Shown piece after piece: positions 27,180 to 40,251 of a stretch of 64,000 nt of DNA (position 1 is the stretch's first letter; each line of letters opens with the position of its first letter). The position numbers and the translations under genes were made by a program. Source of the stretch: Camelus dromedarius (taxonomy: Eukaryota); contig NC_087447.1 of NCBI RefSeq assembly GCF_036321535.1, forward strand, positions 37,512,001 to 37,576,000. The letters run 5' to 3'. A model generated the notes under the pieces. The model made no database searches. It was not told the DNA's origin and was given only the letters and a program-made list of their open reading frames with translations.

Positions 27180-28200
27180 CCACTAGCAAAATAATAATTA
27201 TTAAATCAGTGGTTTTGAAAGCTTAGAAAACAACAATGGCCAGGTTCCATCAGGACAAAGCTTACCAAATTTCTAATGGGGATTTTTTTCATTGAGTTAT
27301 CAGTAGACCAGTTATGTCTTGTGATCAGTAGGTATTTGACAAACTATATTGTGATACGTCTGCAATCAGGAAAATGGAGGAATTCGCTGGATAACTGATT
27401 GAACAGCTATTAAAAGTGACAAATAATGACCAATAGAATAAAAATCTCTAGTGGAATGCTATAGACCCATTGACTCTTTGTTATCCCAATAACTGAAGAT
27501 AATAAAAGAGAGTATTTACAATTGGGACAATCATACAAAATTCTGGAGTCTATGATTGTCCTTAGTAATAGGGCTCTGTCTTTGGCCCTAACCTATTTAA
27601 TCTTTTTCTCAGAATCTTATATGGATATAGACAACATGTCCATCAAAATCTGCAGATGAAGAAAACTTGGGCGTCAGATAACTGAATAAAATATAGGTAG
27701 TTAACAACCTGACACAGATAAATATAATGTTTTCAGTATGTTCAAAAAGTCATCTTCTCATAGACAGACGTGGAGAATACCTAGCTAAAGAGTAGTCATG
27801 GTGGGGAAAAAAACATAAGCTTAAGTTACAAGTTTGATATGCAAAAAGGACACGATGTGACTGTCAAATTACCCAAGGTTTTTGGTATTTGTAACAACAG
27901 AAACTACGACTGACAGGTGGCATTTGGTTGAAGGAAACAGGAAAGGAGTGTGATAAACAGGAAGAAAAGCTTTTGGCAGGATATGGCTACTGTTTAAAGT
28001 ATCTGAAGGGCTGTCTTTTGGAAAAGAAAAAAATAATGTTCTTTGCTGCCTCCCAGGAAAATGTTCTAAGTGGAAATGTCTAGAAATGAAATAGAATGCT
28101 TTGTGAGAAGTAATGACCTCTCCTTGGTGGGACCCCAATATTGAGAAGATGACCTAGCAGAGAGGTCATACTTGGTTGCTAAAATCCATAAAATTCTGAG
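27180..28200 (+). mobile_element. CR1/L3 LINE remnant (ORF2 RT region to 3' end)
   Basis: ggctctgtctttggccctaacctatttaatcttttt gives GSVFGPNLFNLF (CR1 GSVLGPxLFNIF-like), and atcaaaatctgcagatgaagaaaacttgg is a decayed IKFADDTKLG. Confidence 0.7.
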
Positions 28201-28929
28201 ATTCCTTGATTCCCTGACCCATTTCAAGATGTGTCAAAGTATAGACCAGTGTCATGGAGACTTGGCAGTTGTATGTTTATGAGCGCCATCAAAATAAAGT
28301 TGGAGGCACTAACGTCAAGTTATCAACTTTTCATTTTTTCAGCTTAGAACATTACAATTTAATAATGAAAATAAACATCCAAATACTACATCATCATTTC
28401 AAAGAAAATCATTTTAAATACTAAAATGTTAAGATGAACAAAATCTTGGGTAAAGGATTTTTTTTTATATTCAATAACCTTTGGATTGTGAAGAGCACTC
28501 TATTTTCCCTACTTTCCTCATTTTGCCACAAAGGAGTAGAAATCTCTTCAGAGCCAGCACCAGCATTTGAACCCCCTGATACAGGCAACATTAGTCAGGG
28601 TACTAAGAACACTTGGCATCATCACTCACGAAGCTAGGATAAAACTCTCAGCTCATAAAGGATAGGTGTGGTTTTCACAGAGGCTCCCCTCTGCTGTGAC
28701 TACCAGAGACTGCACAGAACCCTTTCCTTAGTCTTAGCCCTGTGCCTTGGTCTTCATCAAAGCAAATCGTCAGCTACCTTGTCAGACATTTAGATCAAGA
28801 AATAGTGTCAGTTGGGAAAAAATTTAACATCCAATGGAGCTCTGGTAATTTTCTCAGAAATAATTGCCAGTTGTCTCAACACTTAAACCTGCACTATTTA
28901 TTAAAAATTACAACTATTATCCTGTAATT

Positions 28930-30520
28930 GGTAAAGCCATCTTTATCATATATGAAGTTGTTTTATATATTCAGGTATGTTTCTAGAATTCTGTTTGATC
29001 AATTCATTTATTACTGCATAAGAATCAAACCGCTGAAATTATTATGACATTCTTTGTATTTATTAATGCCTATGCCTTAGTCCTTTCAGGTTGCTAAAAC
29101 AGAATGCCATACAGTAGGTAAAATTTCTCACTGTTCTGGAAGCCAGGAAGCCCAATGTGAAGGCACCAGCAGATGACAGCTGCATCCTGCCTCACAGATG
29201 GCCCCATTTTTGCTGGGTCCTCACAGGACAGAAGGGGCAAGCGAGCTCTCTTTTATAAGGGCACTAATCCCTTGTATAAGGGCTCTGTCCTCATGGCCTA
29301 ACCACCTCCCAGGTGTCCCACCTCCTACTACTACCAAATTGGGGGTAAGGATTTCAACACATGAATTTTGAGTACATACACTATTCAGTCTACAGCAGCC
29401 TGAAAAGGAACATTCATTATTCTTGTTTATATTTTTCAAAATTTGCCTAATATCTTCCTGTATATATTCTTCTGGGTGAATTGTAAAATAACTTAGTCTA
29501 AGTTTCTAAGTCTCTCTTTAGTGTTCTCTATTTCAACTGTTTAAATTTGCAGATTAAACTGGAAAAAGTTGGCATCACTTTCTATTAAATCTTCCCATCC
29601 AGGAACGTGGCTATTGTTCCATTTCTATTTACTCAAGATTCATGTTCCTCAGGAAAGTTTTATAGGCTTATTCAGATATAAGGCCTTCAAAGTTACTCCT
29701 GTCAATATTATTCCTAGTCTTTTTAAGTTTTTCTTGCTCTAGTGTCTGTTGCACTACTTTTTTTCCTGGTACATATGAAATCTATTTTTAAATATTATCT
29801 TATAAATAAACTTTTATTGAACTTTTACATTAGAGTGGTGTTTTTAGTTGATTCACTTGAATTTTCCAAAAGTCTTTTTTGTCTGTTCTATGCTAATATT
29901 TATAACTTTTTTTCTCTTTTTTACTGCATCAGCTAGAACTTTTCAAACAGTGTGAATTAAGAGTAATGATAGTTGATATTACTTCAGTACCTCTTATTTA
30001 TTGGGATAAGTGCAGTGTTTCTCAACCAAGGGACATAACCATTAGGGGGCTGTGTAACAAACTCTTGGTACAAGGGACATGGGGGTATACTATCATACTC
30101 CTCTCCCTGTGAGGTTTTGATAAGCTGTTCTTAAAGTGCTGCCAATTACTATTTAGAATCACTACATAGTGATGTACCATCAGCAAAATTTGTTGTTATC
30201 ATTTAAGAACATCTGAGTACAAAAGTTGAGAAAATGAGAAACTTGTGTTTTAGTTCTTCACTACCTGTTTGATGTCTGCTGTTCATTTAGGGTAAATGTT
30301 CTATAGGAATGCGTCATATTCCTGCATTACTCACAGTTTCGTTTGCTTGTTTTCTCAGTCTGAATAGATGAATTTTCGTGAAATGTGTTTTGGAAATCTG
30401 ATATGATTACATAACACACTTTCAAATCCCTAAGAGCAGGTTACTGCAGTAAGCTAGGGGTAATGCCTTCTCTACACTGCTGCTCACAGTTTGGCAACAT
30501 TTTGTCTATGAGTTCCGCAG
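28930..30520 (-). mobile_element. Highly degraded L1 (L1ME-like), antisense, interrupted by a MaLR LTR and a MER5-like insert
   Basis: T-rich L1 ORF2 antisense motifs (aaatcttcccatccaggaacgtgg; ctagaacttttcaaacagtg). Confidence 0.6.
29073..29397 (-). mobile_element. MaLR solo LTR (MLT1A-like)
   Basis: tgccttagtcc...ttttataagggcactaatccc...ggtaaggatttcaacacatgaattttg...attcagtctacagca; candidate 5-bp TSD gccta/gcctg. Confidence 0.85.
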
Positions 30521-30894
30521 CTCAATTCATCTTTATACCCTCAATGCCTTATGCATCCTGTGTTTTAATCAAAGTGACGTGTATGCTCTCAATGTGCTTT
30601 CCAATTTCTGTGCTTTGACTTTATTTAATTTATTTACTTCATTCTTTACTTGAATTTTACTTCATCCGTTTGTTCAAACCCAAATCCAATGCCATGTCTT
30701 CCATGAAAGCCTCCCTGAAAACATCAATGACATGTGATTCTTCCCCCTTCTACACTTACCTTGTTTCTGAACCTTTCTAATGACACTTACTTCTATGTGT
30801 CACAGCGATCAGTTTAGCTCATCACTTCTAGACGGTGAGCTTCTTGAAGGACCTATGTCTGACCTGCCTTTGCGTCCCTTACAGTGTTTTAGGA

Positions 30895-31090
30895 TGGCAC
30901 TGAGTACGTACAGTATGAGAAGATGGACTCTGGAAGCAGCCTGCCTGGCTTCCATTCCAGCTCTATCTCTTTCTAGCTTCATGACTTTACTTAAGTTACT
31001 TAACTTTTCCCACCCTCCGTTTCTTCTACAATGTGGAATATCAATAGTGAGGTAATATATGTAAAGCACTTAGAATAATTCCTACAACTG
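30895..31090 (+). mobile_element. MIR SINE
   Basis: ggactctggaagcagcctgcctgg...aagttacttaac...atgtaaagcacttagaa. Confidence 0.75.
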
Positions 31091-31124
31091 TAGCCCCAAT
31101 GTCTTCTATTATAATAACCTATTA

Positions 31125-31250
31125 GAAATAAGCTTCAGGAAGGCAGGTGCTTCCTCTGTTTTATCACTTGCTGATCCTCAGCACCTAGTGCAGTTCTTAA
31201 TACATAGTGGGCATTCAATAAATATTTATTTAATAAAGATGAGATGAATA
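31125..31250 (+). mobile_element. L2 3' terminus
   Basis: cagcacctagtgcag...acatagtgggcattcaataaatattt. Confidence 0.7.
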
Positions 31251-32091
31251 AATAGGTGGATGGGTGATAAAACTGTCCTCTGTAAATCTGAATTCTCATG
31301 CTGGTTTCACTTCCCCGTTATTTTATCCAGAGAAAGTAGATCCTATGTCACAGAATCCACAAAGTTTCACTCTGTAATTTCTCTTTCCCTGGAAGTTAGA
31401 CACTAGCTCTAAGATGAATTTGCAGCTGGGACAGAATAAAAAGGAGTTGGGGAACCTCTGATAGCCTACTGAGCAAAGTTGGGACCTGACCTCCAGCAGA
31501 CAAATACAGTATTTCTTTACCAGTCAATATCTTTGTGGTAACAGTGAATAAACTTTATTTTTTAAGTGTTAGATGGCTCAGGTTATTCTTATGCTTTCTC
31601 TAAATGCATGAAGGATAAAACTGACACGGCAAAGAAGGGAGGGAGTAAACCAAGTGCTGGGAACAAAACATAATCCATTAGTAGCAAAGCAGTGGTTAGG
31701 ACAAGAAGCCTTTTGAACAAAGACCTTTTTAATAACCTGTGAATAGATATACCATGAGCTACTTCAGGAGACTAGCATATAGAATTTCTCACAAAAAAAA
31801 AAAAATGCTTAGTTTTGTTCTATTTTTTTCTGTTGCTTCTGTATTCCACTTTAGTATTAAAAAGAGTAGTCTCTGAAATCGCACCACCCAGAATGAATTA
31901 CACATAGGCTTAGAAAAGTAACTTCAACCCTCTAAGCCTCTGTTTCCTCATCTCTAAATGTCTGCCTTATAGCATTTTTGAAATGACTGAATGAGATAAT
32001 ATATATTCCTCAGATCTGGGCATATAACAGATGCTTGCTAAATGTTAATGTCTTTCTGTCGTCCACCACCGTCACTTTTCCCATAACTAGG

Positions 32092-32404
32092 AGTAACAAA
32101 CATTTATTTCTCATAGTTCTAGAAGCTGGGAAGTCCAAGATCAGGGCACCAGCAGATTTGGTATCTGTTGAGGGCCTGCTTCCTGGTTCCTAGGTGACCT
32201 TCTTCTCCCTGTGTGCTAATATGGTGAAAGGGGAAAGGGAGCTCTCTAGCATCTGCTTTATAAGGGCACTAATCCCATTCATGAAGGATCTGCCCTCATA
32301 ATCTAATCACTTCCCAAAGGCCCCACACCCTAATATCATAGCATTAAGGGTTAGGATTTCAACATATGAATTTCAGGGGAGACATAAATATTCAGTCCAT
32401 TACA
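32092..32404 (-). mobile_element. MaLR LTR (MLT1A-like), partial
   Basis: catttatttctcatagttctagaagctgggaagtccaagatcag...gggttaggatttcaacatatgaattt...attcagtccat. Confidence 0.88.
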
Positions 32405-34520
32405 CTCAGCAAACTAGACAAAAGGGTGAGGCTCAGTGGAAATACCCAGACCTAGCATAGGATTCAATGGAAAAAACTAAACATACTCCCCCAAGATCAG
32501 GAATAAGGCAACGATATCTGTTTGTACTGCTTCTGTTCTAAGTTTTCCTGGAGTTCGTAGCCAAAGCCTAACCATAGATGGTTGTCTCTGCAGATAATCC
32601 AAGGAATCTACCCCCAAAAAGCCACTGAAAATAGTGAGTTTTTCAAAGTTGCAGGATACGAGATCATTATACAAAAATCAGTTGGATTTCTATACACCAG
32701 AAATGAATACTTGGGAATTGAAATGAAAAGCAATATAACAATAACAACAAAACCACAAAAACTTAGAGGTAAATTTAACAAGATATATTTAATATATCTG
32801 TGTAGAGAAAACTATAAAACATTACTTAAAGTAAAGACCAAACTAGATGACAAATTACACCATATTCATTGATCAGAAGAATCAAGAGTGTTAAAATGTA
32901 AATTCTCCTCAAATTTATCTATATACTCAAAGTAGTCCCAATAAAATCTGCATGTTTTTAAATATAAATCTAGGCAAGCTGATTCTAAAATGCATATGAA
33001 AATGCAAAGGACCCAAATTAGCCAAAACAATTTTTAAAGTGAAGAATAAAATTGGAGGACCTAGACTCCCTGACTTCAAAACTTACTGTAAAATTATAGT
33101 CATCAGGACATTGGTACAATGGCATAAAAATAGACATCTAAATCAGTGGAATAGAACAGAGTCCAAAAAAATAAAAAGGCTCACAGATATCCTCAATTTA
33201 TTTTTTATAAGTATGTGAAAGTATTTCCATGAAGAAACATAGTTTTTTCACTGGTGGAACAACTGGATTTCCCCATGTGAAGAAAGTGAGGAAGGAGAGT
33301 CGGAGGGATGGTGGGAGGAAGAGGAAAGGAGAAAATAACCTCAACCTTTACCTCATGTTGTACACACACACACACACACAAATAACAAGAACTGGATCAT
33401 CTAAACGTCAAAGCTAAAACTACAAAACTTCTGAAAGAAAACAAAGCAGAAAAATCTCTGTGACCTTGGGGTAGGCAAATATTTCTTAGAACATAAAAAG
33501 CACAAAACGTAAAAGAAAAAAAAAACAATAAATTGTACTTCAGCTACATTTAAACCTTAAAACTCTTCCTTTTGGGGAGGTACTGTAAAGAAAATGGAAA
33601 GATAATTCACAGACTGGGAGAAAACATCTGCAAATCACATGTCTGATAAAGGACTTATATCAGAACATACAAAGAGCTCTTAGAACTTTTAATAAGGAAA
33701 ACAACCAGTAAAATAATAGGTAAGATATTTGAACAGACACTTTACCAGAGAAGATATGAATGGCAAATAAGCACATGAAAAGATGCTCAACGTAATTAGT
33801 CATTAGGGAAATGCAAAGTAAAAGCATGAGACACAAACATACTCACTACCCTCTAGTACGACTAAAATTAGAAAGACATACAAAATGTTAGGATGTAGAA
33901 CAACTACAACTCTCACAAACTGCTGGTGGGAATGCAAAAAGATGCAGGCACTTTGGAAAACAGTTCAGCAGTTTAAGTATGCACTTACTACATGACTCAG
34001 CAATACTCGTCTTTGTATTTCCCTATGAGAAATGAAAACATATGTCCACACAAAGGCCAATGTTCATAGAAGCTTTATTAATAATAACCAAAAACCTGAA
34101 ATCACCATCAACTGGTAAGCGGATAAACATATTATGGTACATCCATACAATGAGATGTTTCTCAGCAATAAAAAGAACAAAACTACTGATACATGACGTA
34201 TATATCATAGCATTACATAACATAACATGGACAAATCTCAGAAGTATTACGCTAAGTGAAAGTCAGACACGAAAGACTGATCAATTTTTATTAAATTTTA
34301 GAAAATGTAAAACTATAGTCATTGAAAGCAGATGACAGGTTGTCTGACCCTTGGGGTGGTAACAGGCACTGATGGCACAAGGGCACAAGGAAACTTTCCA
34401 AGGTATGGAAAGTGTTCTATATATTGATTATGTTTATACCACTGTATATGTATGTCAAAATTCATGACACTGTTCACTTAAATTGGGTGAGTTTTATACC
34501 TCAGGTAAAGCTAATTGTCA
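32405..34520 (+). mobile_element. L1 ORF2 3' half and 3'UTR (L1MC/L1MD-like), decayed
   Basis: FFKVAGYEIIIQKSVGFLYTRNE (ORF 32582..32872) resembles L1 ORF2p FSKVSGYKINVQKS; further ORF2 C-terminal motifs run to about 34300. Confidence 0.9.
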
Positions 34521-34539
34521 ACCAAATAATCAATAGCCA

Positions 34540-35080
34540 TAAGTTAGATCACATCATTCCCATGCTCAAAATCCTATCCTGCTTACAATGAGATCCCAAG
34601 TCCCTGCCGAGACTTATAACGATGCACATGATCTGGCTCCTGCATACCTCTCCAGCCTTCTCCATCCATTCTCCGCTGAATGTTTTCTGTCACACTGTTC
34701 TCCTTGGCGATCCCAGAACACACCAAGTATGTTCCTGCATCAGAGCGTTTGCAGGTGCTATTCCCCCTGCCGGAGATATTACTCCCTCTCATGTTGATTC
34801 CTCACTTTTTCCAGGTATTTACTCAACTATCAGCTTATCAAAGAGCCCTTTCCTCAACATTCCTTTTATAATACCACCTCCTCCATCACTCTCCTTCTGC
34901 TTTATTTTATTCATAGCACCTATCATTGTCTGACATTATTTTCTTTACTTAGCCATGTTATTTTCCCCATTTGAATTAACTCCTTGAGGGCAGTGACTTC
35001 AAGGTCTTATCTCCATCCACTAGTAGAGTATCTGGCACAAAGTAGGCTCTCAATAAATTCAGGTTATTCAATGAATGAAC
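34540..35080 (+). mobile_element. L2 LINE 3' end
   Basis: Ends tctggcacaaagtaggctctcaataaat...tcaatgaatgaa. Confidence 0.85.
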
Positions 35081-35777
35081 AATCATGAAATCTCTACATA
35101 CTGGAACCTATGTAATGCAGCCAAAACAGTGCATATAGAAAGACACACAGTCAAAAAACTTGTATTATTAAATAAAAATGAAACTGAAAGAATTAAACAA
35201 TGAATTGAAAAAGTTAAAAATAAAATGAAATAATCCTAAGAAAAATAGAAGGAACTAATAAAATAAAAACAGAAAACAATAAATTAGAAAATAGACTAGA
35301 CATTGAAGTAACAAATAAATCCTAGAGCCATTTCTTTGGGGGAAAATAATCATGAAATAGGTAAATCACCAGCTTACTTACTCCTGAATAAAAGGAATAA
35401 AATTAAAAATGAAAATCAGGGAAATCAGAATAGATGGGAAATGTTTTTAACTAAAAAGAAAAATGATTTGCTCTCTATGAGGCAAACATATTTGAAAACA
35501 GAATTGTTTTGACCCCAAACTCCCCATTCAGTTGGACATTCTTTGGACCCCTTCCTAATCACGCGTTCTCCTGTGGCTTCACACTGCTCTGCGATCCTGA
35601 GGCACATCTCTCCTGTGGGGACCCATGAGGGAGCTCATTAAGGCAGCTGCCTTTGGTTAGGTGATGCATGTTCCAAGCACCTCAGTCAGCCCCTTGAATC
35701 AGACCACCCACGCTCTGCCACTAACTAACTGAGTGACTTTAGTTGTAGCTCCAAATCTTAGTGTCCTCATCTGTAAG

Positions 35778-36100
35778 TGGAATAATAATGCCTGCCTCAC
35801 AGGTGTGGATAAGTGAAGTGATCAGGTAAAGTGTTGTGCACAGAAGTGCACATTAAATGTGAGCTGGAAGACAGGTACTGCATGGTACCACTTATATATG
35901 AAATCTAAGGAAGTTAAACCTGTAAAAAAAAAAAAATGGAATAATAATGCCTGCCTCACAGGTGTGGATAAGTGAAGTGATCAGGTAAAGTGTTGTGCAC
36001 AGAAGTGCACATTAAATGTGAGCTGGAAGACAGGTACTGCATGGTACCACTTATATATGAAATCTAAGGAAGTTAAACCTGTAAAAAAAAAAAAAAAAAA
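35778..36100. repeat. Perfect ~159-bp tandem duplication spanning a MIR/L1 junction
   Basis: 35778-35936 is repeated at 35937-36100, identical apart from poly-A length (13 vs 18 A). Confidence 0.95.
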
Positions 36101-36386
36101 GAGTAAAACGGTGGTCAGGGGATAGGGAATGCAAGGCAGTGGATAAAAGTGATGATGTTTAAGTTTACAAACTTGTAATCAGTAGTAAATAAGCCACAGA
36201 GAGCTAATGCACAGCATAACACAGACAATAATATTGTATTATAGTTAACATTTAATATATAATATTGCTACATCAGTACCATATTATATATATAAATATA
36301 TCAAAGTAACACACTGTACACCTTAAACTTACACAAGATTATATGCCAAACTTACTCGGTAAAAATGTTTTTAAATTAAAAAAAAA
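35866..36386 (+). mobile_element. L1 3' end fragment
   Basis: gacaggtactgcatggtaccacttatatatgaaatct...tgtacaccttaaacttacac...A-rich tail. Confidence 0.8.
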
Positions 36387-37517
36387 TGAAAGCCTAAATG
36401 TTAGTTGGTATTCAGTTGCAAGTGGGTACCAAGTCTGAGTGGCAAGGGTAGCCTGTGAACTCGGGAGAGGTCTGACCACTGAACCATCTAGGGGAGGTGT
36501 TGAGAAGCCTGAATCACCGTACTTTCCTGGTCTTCTAACTATTCAGTCAGCATTGGCTAGACCGCTACTGCAAACTCATCCTGGGAGTGTTTAATAGACA
36601 TGGGACTTGTTTGGCCTCATTAGCCATGGCCTCTGCTCCTGGGGAACTTGGTCTCCACAATTTGCAGAATGCATTTACAAAAATGTTTTCTGGAATAAGC
36701 CATACCACCAGCTGCCTCTCCTAAATGGAAAGGAGATCTTCCCAAGAAATGCCTAGAAAAATGGCTCCCTTAATGTTTATCCCTAGCTACTTCAGCTCAC
36801 CAGTACACATGCCTCTATTCTGGGCAAATGTGGGCACCCACAAACATGGAGGTGCAGTCAGCATCCCTCATTGCTGCACAATATTCATTTCTGGGGTGGG
36901 GAGGAGGGCGGCTGTGCTGTGGGGAGGAGGGATTGGAGAGGATACTCACTAAGGCATTCAGAGGTTATTTGCAATCACTTCCAAGGAGAAATCAGCAATG
37001 TAAATAGGCATGTCCTAAGGCAGACTCACAGACGCCCCTGAGTCCTCCAGGGCCTGAACCAGATGAAACAGGCAAGGAAAATGCTTTTTCCATCCCATGG
37101 AGTTTGCTGCCATGAGGTTCCAAGTAGAATTGGGTTGACTGCTCTCTGACAAAGAATACAGAGCAAAACCTCCCAAAGTGATATCAGTTTGAGGGCAGAC
37201 ACTCACTCTTGGAAGTGAGATGTAGATTCTCAGGGATATTATTCTCATTTTAAAAATAGAATTAAATAAATAAGAAAAGAGAAAACAAAACAGTTGCCTC
37301 AGCCCAAAGCCTTCCCAGAATCCTTACCAAGGAGCCTGGGCCTCAGTAAATTAAGAACTGCAGCTTGTCAGAGGTAGAAGGATCCTCAGAAAGCATCTCC
37401 TCCATGCCCCTCATTGTAGAGCAGTGAGGCTGGGGCCAGAGAAGGGGCCTATCCATGCAGGGTGTAAGGCAGGTCAGGGACAGGACCATGGTGAGAAACC
37501 AGGACTCTCAGCCCTAC

Positions 37518-38175
37518 TGTTAGAGCAGGCAGATAGCTAGATATGAGCAGAGAAAGGGGGACACAGACCAAATGGCAGGAATTGGGCAGAAAGGAGGGGC
37601 ACAAGCCAAATGCAGAAAACCACATATCATGTAAGCAGCAGGGATCCTTGGGCAGAGAAAGAAAAGCAGGAACCTTGGGGCTGATAAGGGATTATGCCTT
37701 TTGGGATGACAAGTGGCCTGGAGAAGAACAAAGAAAGGTGAGAAAAAGCAGGAATTTCTAGTGCCCAAATGTAACCTTTTGCTCATTATGCCCTCATTTG
37801 TATAAAATTAGCCTTGCAAATCAGAAGTACCCATCATGCACCGACGCCATGACACTTCCGATTCAGACTAAATAAGGACAAAAATCCCTCCTCCCTTTGG
37901 GAAGGTGGAGGTGGGATGATAATCAGGGAATACGACCCCAAACCCTTCCCTCCCCAGTGAATATTCCGCCCATTCATTTTTACACCCTATGTAGCTAACT
38001 TGCCAAAGAAACTCAGGGCAGCCGCTCACCTGAGCCTGCCCGCTCTCCCCTGAGAGTGTACTGTCCATCCTTTAATAAATCCTCACTTTACCTTTTTTAA
38101 CCTCTAAGTCTTGTCTCTGAATTCTTTCTGGGACGGGACAAGAACCTGGAACACCGGTTGCATCTATCGGCAACA
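37518..38175 (+). mobile_element. ERV1-type solo LTR (658 bp)
   Basis: TGTT...AACA termini, exact 4-bp TSD CTAC (37514-37517 and 38176-38179), AATAAA at 38074-38079. Confidence 0.92.
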
Positions 38176-38360
38176 CTACTACGGTCCTTCTCAGCTGCAC
38201 CACTCCACTAGTCTGTATGATGTAGCTCAAAAACTGCAAATTGTGAATTCAAATTATCTGAACCACCTGGGAACTGTGGCTACCAGATGTTTTGCTCTAG
38301 TCCAGATGTTGTTCAACTTGTTAGAAGAAGGTCTTAGGAGATCTTGTGATAAAGCGCCTT

Positions 38361-38833
38361 TGTCACCAGCAAAGCCCTTTAACCATTCCCAGGAAATAAA
38401 AATAGAATCTGGGTAATAAAATGAAGTATAGCTTTTTTCTTTTCCTTTGTGCTTAGTCTAGTTTCACTTGCTCATAGGGTGCCGTGTGCAGAGGCCTTGC
38501 ACCCAGCCCTTCAGACCAGAGTGCCCAGTGCGAAATTGCTACACCTGACACATCAGGCAGGGGACCACATGCAGAGATGCTGCGCCAGGCACTGAGATCT
38601 GGAGCCCAGCTGAGCATGACTTACAAGCCCGCTGACAAGAACCCCATAAAGCAGCCCTGGCAATGGCCTTCTGGGAAGATCGAGTGCTCCAGAGTGTGAG
38701 CTCGCACCCCTCCATTCTTTCATCAAAGAACAAAGCTTTCCTTTGCTTCTGAACCAAACTCGGTCTCATTCTATTGGCTCAAATGACACTAGGCAGAACT
38801 TTATTGAGGTCGGCCTCAGGAGGGTTGGCAGCA
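38361..38833 (+). mobile_element. 5' LTR of the provirus
   Basis: Starts tgtcaccagcaaagccc and ends ttggcagca; aligns with 45244-45786 at both ends. Confidence 0.9.
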
Positions 38834-38840
38834 AAAGTTT

Positions 38841-38858
38841 TGGCAGCCACAAATGGAT
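38841..38858 (+). promoter_or_regulatory. Primer-binding site, probably tRNA-Arg type (degenerate)
   Basis: TGGCAGCCACAAATGGAT lies just after the 5' LTR and resembles the recalled tRNA-Arg PBS TGGC(G/A)ACCACGAAGGGA. Confidence 0.55.
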
Positions 38859-40251
38859 AGACCATGGCCTTTTTATCTGCGTCTACCCACTAAGATCCAG
38901 GCTGGCCTCAGCGGGAGGACAACAGAGGCTTTTGGAGGTTTGTGTGAGGATGACTGCCTCTTATCTTTGAGTACACTGACGGAGTAGAATAGCAGCAGCC
39001 TTCAGCCAAATTCAGAGCAACCCTGCCCAGCAACCTGACAGTGTGTGGTGCATGCACAGTGTAACTCTGAGTCATCTGGACTGCACCCTTTGAGGGGATC
39101 ACACTGTGGCATCACTGGGGATTAGAGACTGAAACACCCATGTCTGCCCACAGCCTCTGGCTGGCGTTCCCACACCACCGGACGCCTAGGGACAGTGCAG
39201 ACCTGTGAACAAAAGGGAGCCACAGCAGTCTTGCCCATTATCTTGCCACTCGTACTGTCCTCTTGAGCCCTGTATAAGGCAGTAGTGGCCACACCAGGGC
39301 TTCTGCCCTCCTCACCAACCGACCTCCAGGAGTCAATGGTAGCATTCACCATAATCACTTTCAGTTTAGAAAAGGAAAGTGGACAGCCTTGTGAGCCAAA
39401 AGGCAAGACTAGGGAAAGGCCAAAGTAATGAGGACTCCTGACAAAATGGAACAGGGATGCTTGATCCAAGTTCAGGAAAAGGCACTGGGGGTACCCGAGT
39501 ATGAAAGGGTCCCAAGGTGAATACATGACAGGAGACACCGCCTCTTCCAGTCAGTGCTAGTTTCTCTGAAATGGGCTAAGGAGCCCTGTGAGCCACTTGC
39601 AAGATCAGGAACCCTATTATCAGGAAGCCCTGTGAGCGGCTGGCAAGACCAGGAAACATCCACCACCCGACCTCTTCTCCCCATTCTGCTTGTAAGGCAA
39701 ACCTTGGGTGATTTTTTTATCGACCAGGTTCCACACACTGTCCTCCCAGAATCAACACAGAAGAATACCAGCTGCCTCAGAGATTTGGAGCAGATCTCAC
39801 AGGAATCCCTCGTGCTTTTAGTTCTCACCTGGTGGGAAGTCTGAAAACTCCATTTTGGCTGAGGAGAGGAAAGGGAAGACCCCTACCTCTGACAGCTGTG
39901 CCATTTCCTAAGGGACCAAGTTGGTCAGGAACTAACATGCCTAAACTGCTCTGGCCTGAAGGCAGTCCTGTCTAATCTCCTGTGGGATATTCTGACTTAG
40001 AGGGGATTAACTATCTCAAGTACGGGCCATTACTAATTCAAGGGGGACCCTCAGTTATATCAGAGTCCATGCCATTTGGACACCTCCTATTTTCATCTTT
40101 TGAGGAAATAGTTTGGCTCTGGTTCCAAATTTCCCAAATGAAAATCTTATTTGGGTCAAATATTGTGGCATTTGTGTACTGACAAATCAATATAACTGTC
40201 CCCCTCACCCCCCCATAGTCGGAAATAAATCCAAAACAGAACACCCAAGGT

